This document shows, piece after piece, positions 9,131 to 17,475 of a stretch of 25,950 nt of DNA (position 1 is the stretch's first letter; every line of letters begins with the position of its first letter). The DNA comes from Bdellovibrionota bacterium (lineage in GTDB: Bacteria > Bdellovibrionota_C > UBA2361 > OMII01), in the NCBI GenBank assembly GCA_044356215.1, contig JBIKWQ010000051.1, forward strand, positions 1 through 25,950, written 5' to 3'. The notes beneath the pieces were generated by a model. The model searched no databases, had not been told where the DNA came from, and saw only the letters and a list, made by a program, of their open reading frames with translations. The translations under genes and the position numbers were made by a program.

Positions 9131-10390
9131 TTACTCCAGCACCCGTCTCACTGCCCTCGCCTCTGTGTGGCCGGTGGTTGAAAAGAGCACTCTTAAGACA
9201 ATCACAAAGCCAAGCAACAGCAGTGGGCCGGAGATCGACCACGGTTCCATACGATGATTAATCGCAGCGTCACCGAATAAGAGCGAAAGGCGTAGATCCT
9301 GAAGCAATCCCCAGACTGTCGCTATGCTGATACACGCTAGACAGATAGTCCTCTCTGTGGCGGTGGCGCCGCGCATGATAGTAGGCCATAGAAACGCCAG
9401 CGCTAGACCAACACAGGGAAGGTCGTAATCGTACTGGTAGGGACTTATTAGGGTAGTCGCGAAGATCGCAACCCCTATGTGCTGCCGCGGAGTAGCGCGT
9501 CTCGCGGTAAATACAACGGCACCTAGGGCTATTACTACTGAGAGCGCCTGCGCTAAAAGCGAAACGCTCGCGCTAAATCCGAGAGACCTCACACTCGCGT
9601 ACACCGATACCATACGAAAAAGAGGTAGTCGTCCCTCTAATAAAATAAGCTTTGTCTCGGCCATCGTGCGCGCGAAATCTCCCCATATTGAGAGTCCAAA
9701 AACGACAACGCTTGTAGCAACTAAGAAGACGCAACAGAACGCGGCCGCTCGCAGATCGCGCCATCTATTTAAGACCAAAAGACTCACCGCAGCGGCCGGC
9801 AACATCTGTGGTTTTAATGCGAGAAGGCCCAAATGTATCCCCACTCGGTGATAATTATGTGTCACCCCCAGACCCAGTAGGCCAAGTATGGCCGCAAAGA
9901 GCATGCCATTCTGCCCTGACGCCAGGGAAACCACGATCGCGGGAGTCGCTACCATCAAGCTAACCGAGAAGCTCTCGCGATCGATTGCAAGCAAAACGTA
10001 TAGATAAGCTACCGTGATAGCTCCCATGAAGATGGCATACGCCATCCATTCAGAGATAAGCCCAAATGGCGCCAGTATAATCGCGAGAGGGGGTGGGTAG
10101 GTCCAGCGGAGTCCGATGTGCAGATCCCCGCTAGCCGCGCGCAGGAGCGACCGATAAGCATCCGAAACCTCTCCCCTCCAGAAAGCCTGGCCAACTAGGT
10201 AAAAAACGTCGAAATCAGAGGAACCATCCGCACCTCCTCTAAAGATATGGATAACTTGGCTTGTGTATACCAAGGCGATTAGCACTAGAAGCAGCGCGGT
10301 AACGCGCCGTTTATCCAGTGGAGTTATATGGTTTGATGAACTGCTACTAGTCATTGCGATAGCCACCAAAGATACTAACAGGCCCTGCAT
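9131..10390 (-). CDS. Membrane glycosyltransferase, GT87 / DUF2029-like (start may be ATG 10354)
   Basis: DFDVFY, WTYPPP, GQNG, ALKPQ, SPYQYDYD motifs; many hydrophobic segments. Confidence 0.82.
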   Translation of the reverse strand: MQGLLVSLVAIAMTSSSSSNHITPLDKRRVTALLLVLIALVYTSQVIHIFRGGADGSSDFDVFYLVGQAFWRGEVSDAYRSLLRAASGDLHIGLRWTYPPPLAIILAPFGLISEWMAYAIFMGAITVAYLYVLLAIDRESFSVSLMVATPAIVVSLASGQNGMLFAAILGLLGLGVTHNYHRVGIHLGLLALKPQMLPAAAVSLLVLNRWRDLRAAAFCCVFLVATSVVVFGLSIWGDFARTMAETKLILLEGRLPLFRMVSVYASVRSLGFSASVSLLAQALSVVIALGAVVFTARRATPRQHIGVAIFATTLISPYQYDYDLPCVGLALAFLWPTIMRGATATERTICLACISIATVWGLLQDLRLSLLFGDAAINHRMEPWSISGPLLLLGFVIVLRVLFSTTGHTEARAVRRVLE

Positions 10391-10400
10391 CTCGGCAAGG

Positions 10401-10429
10401 TAGGAAGGCGGGGCAAACCCTCGCTTACG
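10401..10429 (+). repeat. Degenerate TIR remnant immediately before the intact MITE
   Basis: TAGGAAGGCGGGGCAAACCCTCGCTTAC resembles 2506-2533 TAGGGAAGGCCGGCAAAACCTCGCTTAC. Confidence 0.6.
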
Positions 10430-10688
10430 CTAGGGAAGGCCGGCAAAACCCCTCCCTACTGCGAAAGCGGATCTTGAGGTGCTCTTCGAGTTTTCGAGAT
10501 GGGAAAAAATCCTCAATGTATCACCGGGGATACACTTCCGACCTTCGCTAAAGCTACGGCCGGCGAGATAATATAGGACCGGACGTAGCCTTGGCGGAGT
10601 CTGGTGCGGTTTTTTCCCATCTCAAAAATCGAATATCAACTCAACCTCCACTTTCTCGTTACGGGTAGGTTTTGCCGGCCTTCCCTAG
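10430..10688. mobile_element. Non-autonomous MITE, 259 bp, perfect 21-bp TIRs including terminal CTAG
   Basis: CTAGGGAAGGCCGGCAAAACC (10430-10450) ... GGTTTTGCCGGCCTTCCCTAG (10668-10688); internal inverted repeat GAGATGGGAAAAAA / TTTTTTCCCATCTC; near-identical second copy at 25836-25950; no transposase. Confidence 0.9.
10538..10605. repeat. 68-bp REP-like hairpin doublet nested in the MITE
   Basis: CCGACCTTCGCTAAAGCTACGGCCGG-spacer-CCGGACGTAGCCTTGGCGGAGTCTGG imperfect inverted repeat; absent from the 25836 copy, which reads GATACACTTGCGGTTT. Confidence 0.8.
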
Positions 10689-10783
10689 TTCTCTACAGGG
10701 TACTACTATCTAGGCAACTCATATGCTAGAGATCGCAGTTAAAGCAGTAACCGACCTTAAACCCTTTAAAAGGAGTAAATACT

Positions 10784-11083
10784 ATGGATCTTACAAACCT
10801 CTTAGTTCAACTTGTCGCTGGCGCGGTTGGCGGAAATGTCGCTGGTTCAAAGATGAAGAGCTCAGACCTTGGAACTCTCGGCAACTCACTCGCTGGAATC
10901 CTTGGTGGTGGCCTAGGTGGACAGATACTCTCTAGCCTAGGCGCTTCTGGCCTCGCTTCAAGCGCTGGAACAGGAATGAGCATAGAATCAATCGTCTCTG
11001 ACCTAGCTGGTGGTGGAGTTGGTGGAGCGGTTTTAATCGCTGTTATCGGCGCGATTAAGAAGGCTATGGCCGCTAAGGCTTAA
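10784..11083 (+). CDS. Small Gly-rich hydrophobic (membrane) hypothetical protein
   Basis: AGGAG RBS upstream; glycine-zipper-like segments GAVGGNVAG, GILGGGLGG, GGGVGGAV. Confidence 0.8.
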   Translation: MDLTNLLVQLVAGAVGGNVAGSKMKSSDLGTLGNSLAGILGGGLGGQILSSLGASGLASSAGTGMSIESIVSDLAGGGVGGAVLIAVIGAIKKAMAAKA

Positions 11084-11090
11084 GTGCCGA

Positions 11091-11777
11091 ATGTCAGTTT
11101 TTTTAATCCATCAAGAAGCCGCCTACACAGTGTTGCTCGCTGACTCTCTTGGTCAGAAGCCACATCTGGGTGGCGGCGCCACTTATCAAGTTACAGCCCC
11201 CAAACTTGTCAGAGTGGCCCCTGGGATCTACGCGGCCCACGCTGGGACACTGCAACCAGCGATAGATATGCTTAGTGAATTAAGCGCGGTTCTCGATCTC
11301 TCGCCTGACTGGGATTCGATGACAGCCAAGATGCGCGCGATCGGACACAACGTGCGCGATCGCTACCGCGAGATATTTAAGACAGATTCTTTTGATACAC
11401 GTGTCGCGCTCGTTATCACCGGAGCGAGAAGGCATCCAAACGATATCTCAAGTGATACCTCAGCATCATTACTAATCTGGGAATTGGCCCGAGATTTTGA
11501 ACCTCTGTACGTTGCTAGAGATCTCCATTTCGCCGGAAGTATTCCGATGACCGAGCTTGCAACCAGTTTTATGGCGCTACCGTTAGTCGCGGGAATGCTG
11601 AAACAGGGGCCACTCGCCGCCGCGCACGCGCTCATCGCCACTCACGCGGCGCTTGCTAAGTTAAGCTCAACGATCTCACCAGACGCCAACGTAGTAGTAA
11701 TAGGTGACGACGACGAGCACACAGTTTTACACGGCACACTGCTTGAGCTTGGTCAGGCGGAGTTGATTAAGGGGTAA
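11091..11777 (+). CDS. Putative proteasome beta-subunit/HslV-like Ntn hydrolase with N-terminal Ser
   Basis: After Met removal: Ser1, A-D17-S, K37...G51 (same 14-residue spacing as K33...G47 of beta subunits), later FAGS and ISPDANVVVI. Confidence 0.55.
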   Translation: MSVFLIHQEAAYTVLLADSLGQKPHLGGGATYQVTAPKLVRVAPGIYAAHAGTLQPAIDMLSELSAVLDLSPDWDSMTAKMRAIGHNVRDRYREIFKTDSFDTRVALVITGARRHPNDISSDTSASLLIWELARDFEPLYVARDLHFAGSIPMTELATSFMALPLVAGMLKQGPLAAAHALIATHAALAKLSSTISPDANVVVIGDDDEHTVLHGTLLELGQAELIKG

Positions 11778-12997
11778 CCACTCCCCCCCTCTTTGCTCTC
11801 CCCTACCCCAACCGCCACTGACACAGTCATATCACTTAAAACATTTGTCACCGAGCGGAGCCGCGCGACGATCCAATCCACTGTGAGTAACAGCGGCAAA
11901 ACATCAAGTGGCAATCCAAGAGCGGTTAGCACCAACGATAACGAAACAACTCCAGCCTCCGGCACCCCCGCCACACCAACTGACGCGATAAGAGCTATCA
12001 ACGCGGCGAATACCTGCTCTCCCAACGAAAGATCTACACCTAATGCCTGCGCCACAAATAGCGCGGCCATCGCTTCATATAGAAGTATTCCATCATTGTT
12101 TAGATTAGTACCGATACAGGTCGCTAATCGTGACGCTGATTTAGGCACTCCTAATTGATCAAGAGCGTGTAAAGTTACTGGAACTGTCGCCAAACTAGAG
12201 TTCGTCCCGAATGCGTAAGTCACCGGTTTAGCCGCCGCCAAGAAGAAACGCTTTAACGATATGCCACCAACTCGTTTAATCCACCACGGATAAACAAGAG
12301 AGATCTGAAGCGCTAGACCGAGAATCGCCGCAGCGAGATATTTTAGTAATCCTTTAAATGGCGCAAATCCAGAAACTCCCACTGTCTTAGCGATCACACA
12401 GAATATAGCCACCGGTACCAACGCGACTAACCAGAGAAGTGTCTGATTGATAACCACGCTGAAAACTCGCGAGATCCTCGCAGCGTCACTAAGGGATACC
12501 TCTGCGCTTGATGAGGCGCAGTAAACTCTTAATGCCGCTCCGATTAGTAACGCTAGCAACGCCACACCGATCACATTGTTCTCAACAAAGGGCGCGATAA
12601 TACTCTCTGGAACCAAGTTAGCTAAGAAATTTTGCAGCGAGAAATTCTTTGATAACGGAGCGACCTCGCTGTTAGCTCTGACCTGACCTAAAACAAATCC
12701 ATCTCCTGGACGCAATACATTTGAAACAGCAAGGCCCAGCGCCAAGGCGCAGAGCGCATTTATCGCGACAACTCCTAGCCAACGAGTAGCCGTTTTAATC
12801 GATAGCGTAGTAGTTAAAAGAGCTTCAATTATACTTATAAAAACAAGCGGAACAGCGATCGCCTTGATCACCTGAATATACAGCGCGCCAAAAACCCCAA
12901 GCGGTTCCGCGGCTGGCCCAATTAGGACACCAAACAACGCGCCTAGAACCGTTGCTAAGATGATGTACTTGGTGATTGAGCTAACGTGTGCTGACAT
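11753..12997 (-). CDS. Dicarboxylate/amino acid:cation symporter (DAACS/SDF, GltP/DctA-like)
   Basis: VPLVF.SI, AFGTNSSLATVP, GTNLNNDG, GVAGVP, D...R.RSVTNVLSD. Confidence 0.92.
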   Translation of the reverse strand: MSAHVSSITKYIILATVLGALFGVLIGPAAEPLGVFGALYIQVIKAIAVPLVFISIIEALLTTTLSIKTATRWLGVVAINALCALALGLAVSNVLRPGDGFVLGQVRANSEVAPLSKNFSLQNFLANLVPESIIAPFVENNVIGVALLALLIGAALRVYCASSSAEVSLSDAARISRVFSVVINQTLLWLVALVPVAIFCVIAKTVGVSGFAPFKGLLKYLAAAILGLALQISLVYPWWIKRVGGISLKRFFLAAAKPVTYAFGTNSSLATVPVTLHALDQLGVPKSASRLATCIGTNLNNDGILLYEAMAALFVAQALGVDLSLGEQVFAALIALIASVGVAGVPEAGVVSLSLVLTALGLPLDVLPLLLTVDWIVARLRSVTNVLSDMTVSVAVGVGESKEGGSGYPLINSA

Positions 12998-13821
12998 ATC
13001 TTCGTCTCGGGCAATATCAATTTCAAAACATCTCCCGTTACCCCAGCTAGTAATCGTGAATCCAATTTAGCTGCGTCCTTTACGATACTCTCTCTCTGTC
13101 TATCTATCTCACCGCGATCAGATTCAGGCCTATCACCATCATCAAGGTCATCAAAGGCTTGAAAGCACTCCCCTACCCTGGATCCCCACCCGATAAAATC
13201 TCCCAAGACCGCCTCGCGGATCCCAGCGCATATGGCTCCGCACCCTACCGACGCCCCAAAGAGCGCGCCGGTCTTTAACTCTATCATCTCATCTCGCTTG
13301 GCAGCCGAGGTGTTATTTTTAAGATCAATATCGAGCTGCTGCCCTAAGCAGAGATCCCACCAAGCCATAGAAAGCGTCCTGGCCACCCGCGCCTGGTTAT
13401 CGCTTGATAACTCGCTATCGGTTGTTACTAACATAAGCGCTGCACCCACTAGGGCGTCACCGGTTAAGATAGCCGTTGCCTCGCTAAACGCACGGTGGCA
13501 CGACGGACGTCCTCGGCGCTCGTCATCGTTATCAAGTGCTGGCAGATCATCGTGTACCAATGAAGCAGCGTGAAGGAGCTCAAGAGCGACAGCCGGACTT
13601 AGGGCTGTCTTTGTTATACTCTCGGAATCTTTTGAAAGGTCGTGAGCCACACTAAGAGCTAATAAAGCTCGGAGCCGCTTCCCTCCTGACCCAGAAACAT
13701 AATCACACGCCTCGTGAAGGACCGACCTGCCCTGATTTCGACCGCTCCAATCGTAAACAGATGCCAATCTGGAATTAACTTCAGCAATCCAACGATCTAT
13801 CAACACGCTGTTTGTTAGCAT
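12955..13821 (-). CDS. ispA: Polyprenyl (farnesyl/geranylgeranyl) diphosphate synthase
   Basis: GGKRLR, ELLHAASLVHDDLPALDNDDERRGRPSCH, AILTGDAL, GQQLD, KTGALF, FQAFDD. Confidence 0.88.
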   Translation of the reverse strand: MLTNSVLIDRWIAEVNSRLASVYDWSGRNQGRSVLHEACDYVSGSGGKRLRALLALSVAHDLSKDSESITKTALSPAVALELLHAASLVHDDLPALDNDDERRGRPSCHRAFSEATAILTGDALVGAALMLVTTDSELSSDNQARVARTLSMAWWDLCLGQQLDIDLKNNTSAAKRDEMIELKTGALFGASVGCGAICAGIREAVLGDFIGWGSRVGECFQAFDDLDDGDRPESDRGEIDRQRESIVKDAAKLDSRLLAGVTGDVLKLILPETKICQHTLAQSPSTSS

Positions 13822-15170
13822 AGAACACCAGTCCCCTCTCTCCTTCGCCAGATCGGACGCTCAGGCACCGACAGCATCTCTCGAATCCTTCCTACCATGT
13901 ACATCGAGCCTGTTATATAAGGGCTTGGCCCAGCCTCGCCAGACATTAAGTCGCGCAGGCACCCTTCGTAGTCATCCCCGTAAACCTCAATACGCAGATC
14001 CTCCTTATTTCTTGTCCCGGAACTCGATACCGCTAACTCCTGCTTTAGGAGCTCTAGTGGCAAGGCTCGCTCCGATTCAGGTCTAAGAAGTCGCCAAGTC
14101 TTTACATAAGGTCTTAACCTTCTAACCATCTCCTGCCAACTCTTTGTGTCTAGCACTCCAAAGGTCAGATCAATCTCCTTGGCTCCTGATGTATCGAGAA
14201 ATGAGATAAAAGAATCGATACCTGCAGGGTTATGGGCGCAATCTAGTACGAGATTTAAGCTACTTACGCTTATTTTCTCGAGCCTTCCGGGCCAGAAGAC
14301 CCCTTCTATGCCTGCTTTTACCGTCTCCTTGTTCATTCCAAGTGCCAATCCGATAGAGGCAGCTACAGATAGATTGTGAGCCTGATGAGTACCTAACAAG
14401 CCAGGCTTAAAATTAAATCCTATGTTCTTAGCCCCAAGGAATTCCTTACCCCAGTACTCGATACATTTACCCCCTGCTCGGTCATCGACAATCCTGGCAT
14501 CAAAATCACGTCCGAATTTAAAATGAGGTACATCGGAGGCCAGCTTCGACACAACAGCATCAGCTTCCTTGCCTAAAATCCCCGTAATTAGCGGAGATCC
14601 ACTCTTAATTATACCTGCTTTCTCAGCGGCTATCTTACCTAGTGTGTCACCAAGTATAGCTTGATGGTCAAAAGATATCGTTACAATCGCTGTGGCGGCG
14701 GGTCGTGCAATGACATTAGAAGCGTCAAGCCTCCCCCCTAAACCCACCTCTATTACAGACCACTCGACTCCATATTCGAATAAACCTAGGAATGCGATCG
14801 CTGTTATGGCTTCATGGAAGCTAAGCTCCACTAACTCCCGGGCCGCAGCCTGCTTAACTGCATAGGCAAACTCGCCTAAAAACTCATCAGAGCATGAAAA
14901 ACCATCAATAACGATCCTCTCATTTATCTTCTGAAGATGCGGGGATATGTTTAATCCTACCTTATACCCGCCTGAGCCAAGTATACTGGCAACCGCAGCA
15001 GAAACAGACCCCTTTCCATTCGTCCCGGCAATATGAACCGCTGGAACCCTATCCTGCGGATTACCAAGCCTACGCAGCACTGAGATAAGCTCACTAAGCG
15101 AGAAACCTCCGCGCCCATTCCAGGGCCGCAACCCATTAAGATACGCCAGCCCTGATTGAACTCTATTCAC
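13815..15170 (-). CDS. folC: Folylpolyglutamate synthase/dihydrofolate synthase
   Basis: HIAGTNGKGS, SPHL...NERI, EVGLGGRLDASNV, DH..ILGDTL.KIA.EKAGIIK, WPGRLE, LDCAHNP, TGSMYMVG. GTG at 15170 (MNRVQSGLAYL) is preferred; the ORF track extends to 15230 and ATG 15203 is possible. Confidence 0.93.
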   Translation of the reverse strand: MNRVQSGLAYLNGLRPWNGRGGFSLSELISVLRRLGNPQDRVPAVHIAGTNGKGSVSAAVASILGSGGYKVGLNISPHLQKINERIVIDGFSCSDEFLGEFAYAVKQAAARELVELSFHEAITAIAFLGLFEYGVEWSVIEVGLGGRLDASNVIARPAATAIVTISFDHQAILGDTLGKIAAEKAGIIKSGSPLITGILGKEADAVVSKLASDVPHFKFGRDFDARIVDDRAGGKCIEYWGKEFLGAKNIGFNFKPGLLGTHQAHNLSVAASIGLALGMNKETVKAGIEGVFWPGRLEKISVSSLNLVLDCAHNPAGIDSFISFLDTSGAKEIDLTFGVLDTKSWQEMVRRLRPYVKTWRLLRPESERALPLELLKQELAVSSSGTRNKEDLRIEVYGDDYEGCLRDLMSGEAGPSPYITGSMYMVGRIREMLSVPERPIWRRREGTGVLC

Positions 15171-15187
15171 TGTCCCACCGTGGGACA
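15171..15187. promoter_or_regulatory. Candidate parS-like centromere palindrome, copy 1
   Basis: TGTCCCAC-C-GTGGGACA, perfect 8-bp arms, just downstream of parB; function inferred from position. Confidence 0.65.
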
Positions 15188-15222
15188 CCACATAGGCGCC
15201 CATTTTTTTGCATTTTTCTTCC

Positions 15223-15239
15223 TGTCCCACCGTGGGACA
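15223..15239. promoter_or_regulatory. Candidate parS-like centromere palindrome, copy 2
   Basis: Identical TGTCCCACCGTGGGACA (extends to 19 bp, 15222-15240), 52 bp from copy 1 and about 21 bp past the parB stop. Confidence 0.65.
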
Positions 15240-15260
15240 GCCAAATTAGGATAGCGCCCA

Positions 15261-16130
15261 CTACTCGGCTACAAGCTTTCTGAAGACGATTTGAAGGTCA
15301 GAGTCGCTGTAGAAGTCGATTGCTAACCGACCAGAATCGGCACCAGAGCCAGACCTAGATAGCTTAACCTTCATACCAAGAGCTCTCTGGATCTCATCTG
15401 CTATTCGCATATCCTCAGCGCTCATCGTTCTTACTGGGGCTTCATCTGTGTTTGCAGTATCCCTAGGTGCCTTAAGATTCCTCTCTAGCTCGTTTCGTGT
15501 AAGAACGTCGAGATCCTTAAGGTACGTAGCCCTTATCGATGGGTCATCAATCTTCGCCAACAAAAGAACCTTTGACTCCGCTGCTCCTTCCTTTAAAGCG
15601 TTTAGAAGGTCATCTGGGAGCTGCAATATCTCTAAGCTCCTTTGAACTGCGCTTTTCGAGATGCTCAGCTTCTCTGCGATATCTCGAATGCTGAGATTAT
15701 GCGCGTCTCTAAGAGCCCCTATAGCTTGAGCTCGCTCTAGAGGGGTTAGATCATCTCTCTGCAAGTTCTCTACAAGCTGCAGAGCTAAGGTACGATCATC
15801 AGCCTCATCTGCCTGGCTAACTATAGCTGGAATCGATGACAATCCCGCCAAATTAGACGCCCTGTATCTACGCTCACCTGAAATAACTGTGAAACGCCCC
15901 GGAAGCTTCGCCGCTCGCACCAGAATCGGGCTTATTACGCCGTAAAGCTTTATGGAATCTGCCAGCTCCTGCAACTTCTCCTGATCAAAGGTGCGTCTTG
16001 GTTGGTTTGGATCAGGTTCAATCGCAGATAGCGGGATCTCGCGGTAGGGGACACCTCCTTTGGCGCGCTCCTGAAGAGCTGGACCCTGCATTAACGGATT
16101 GTTTGCAAACGAAAAGCCTTTCTTAGTCAT
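15261..16130 (-). CDS. parB: ParB/Spo0J family partition protein
   Basis: PNQPRRTF, LADSI..YGVISPILVR, GERRYRA (CTPase arginine patch), LVENLQRDDL, HTH, Spo0J-like C-terminal dimerisation domain. Confidence 0.95.
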   Translation of the reverse strand: MTKKGFSFANNPLMQGPALQERAKGGVPYREIPLSAIEPDPNQPRRTFDQEKLQELADSIKLYGVISPILVRAAKLPGRFTVISGERRYRASNLAGLSSIPAIVSQADEADDRTLALQLVENLQRDDLTPLERAQAIGALRDAHNLSIRDIAEKLSISKSAVQRSLEILQLPDDLLNALKEGAAESKVLLLAKIDDPSIRATYLKDLDVLTRNELERNLKAPRDTANTDEAPVRTMSAEDMRIADEIQRALGMKVKLSRSGSGADSGRLAIDFYSDSDLQIVFRKLVAE

Positions 16131-16956
16131 TTAATACCTCATTAGCGAGCGCTGTATAATCTTCAGATCCCGGAGACTTCGGCAGATACTCAAAGATAGT
16201 CTGCCCCTTTGCTGGTGCCTCTGCTAGGGCAACATTCTCTCGAATTACTGTATCGAAAACTAGGTCCCCGAAATAGGCCCGAATTGTATCGGCAACTGCA
16301 CGCGCTAGCCGCTTGCGACTATCGTGTAAGCAGATAAGAACTCCGCCGACTATCAGGTTCTGGTTGTATACGCTCCGAACTTGATCAATAGTATCAAGCA
16401 GTTGGCGTACTCCGTGAAGAGCTAGGTACTCGCTCTGAACCGGAACTATTACTTGGTCAACCGCAGCCAAGGCGTTTAAGGATAGGAGTCCGAGGGTAGG
16501 GGGGCAGTCGATCAATATAACGTCATACTGGTCTCTGACCTTATCTATAGCCCGTTTGAGGAGGAGCTCACGCCCTACGACACCTCCTAACTCTAGGTCA
16601 GCCGCACTGAGGAGCAAACTAGAGGGAACGACGTGCAGATTATCGGACCTTTTGATCGTAACATCCTGAATTCTCTTATTTCCCTTCAGCACATCGTAGA
16701 CCGTCCACTCTGGACCCTTCTGGGACTCATTTACCTCAGAGAGATCATCGGTCGCACCGAGGCCCAAGTGGGTTGTGAGGTTGCTCTGCGCATCGATATC
16801 TATAAGCAGAACCCGCTTTCCGCTCTCTGCTATTGCGGCCCCGAGATTCACTGTCGTAGTCGTCTTACCGACTCCACCTTTTTGATTAACTACGCTAATC
16901 GCTATGGCGCGCCTTGGGGGGTTATCCCGGTTACCGTTTACCTGTTCGCTTGTCAC
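16123..16956 (-). CDS. parA: ParA/Soj family ATPase
   Basis: NQKGGVGKTTT, LLIDIDAQSNLT, IDCPPTLG, PVQSEYLAL, IRENVALAEAP; overlaps the parB start. Confidence 0.95.
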   Translation of the reverse strand: MTSEQVNGNRDNPPRRAIAISVVNQKGGVGKTTTTVNLGAAIAESGKRVLLIDIDAQSNLTTHLGLGATDDLSEVNESQKGPEWTVYDVLKGNKRIQDVTIKRSDNLHVVPSSLLLSAADLELGGVVGRELLLKRAIDKVRDQYDVILIDCPPTLGLLSLNALAAVDQVIVPVQSEYLALHGVRQLLDTIDQVRSVYNQNLIVGGVLICLHDSRKRLARAVADTIRAYFGDLVFDTVIRENVALAEAPAKGQTIFEYLPKSPGSEDYTALANEVLND

Positions 16957-17475
16957 ACATCACCCGCACTAAAATACTCGTGATTCGAAATAAGGAATCT
17001 CGCAAAGATCGCCAATAAAATCTACCCTTAAGTCAGATCACGATAAGAAATACTTTATATTTGACCGATTTTTCTCCCACCTTCGAGTAAATTAACGTTT
17101 CGTGTATCGAGATAAGAAAACAGGGGTTCTAATAGGACACTTTTCGATCTCAAAACACGATACATATTTACCCAGAGACACGATATAGGGACGCTAGATC
17201 CCGATTCATCGTGTTTTGGACTAAGCGTTATCGTGCTTTGAAATTCACATTATCGTGAATTGCCTCATAGCGTATCGTGCATTCTGATAAGACTGATTCG
17301 TGATTGAGTCACAAAAGACTCGTGCATGGAAATAAATATTAACATCCAAATACCTGATTTAAATAGCTTTTCTTTCCGCTCAATAGATAACATGTAAGAC
17401 AAGAAAAGATTGTTTAACTAACTAAAAGTAAGCTAAGGTGTCGTTGATTTTTAAGGTCTATTTTTCTTTGTTTTT
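16957..17475. other. Putative iteron-type replication origin between divergent parA and rep genes
   Basis: Six TCGTG cores at 17209, 17231, 17253, 17275, 17298, 17320 (spacing 22,22,22,23,22); inverted CACGA cores at 17039, 17156, 17179; further TCGTG at 16978 and 17100; AT-rich tract about 17330-17475. Confidence 0.7.

Noticed and set aside
15171..15230. N-terminal extension of FolC (MGQEEKCKKMGAYVVSHGGT)
   Set aside because: It overlaps the palindromes and does not resemble FolC; GTG 15170 gives a normal N-terminus, although this is not proven
3338..16983. Numerous short alternative-frame or antisense ORFs in the ORF track
   Set aside because: They lie within well-supported genes and show no motifs
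17209..17324. 22-bp periodic repeats as a mini-CRISPR or coding repeat
   Set aside because: Only a 5-6 bp core is conserved, the period is too short, and no ORF covers it
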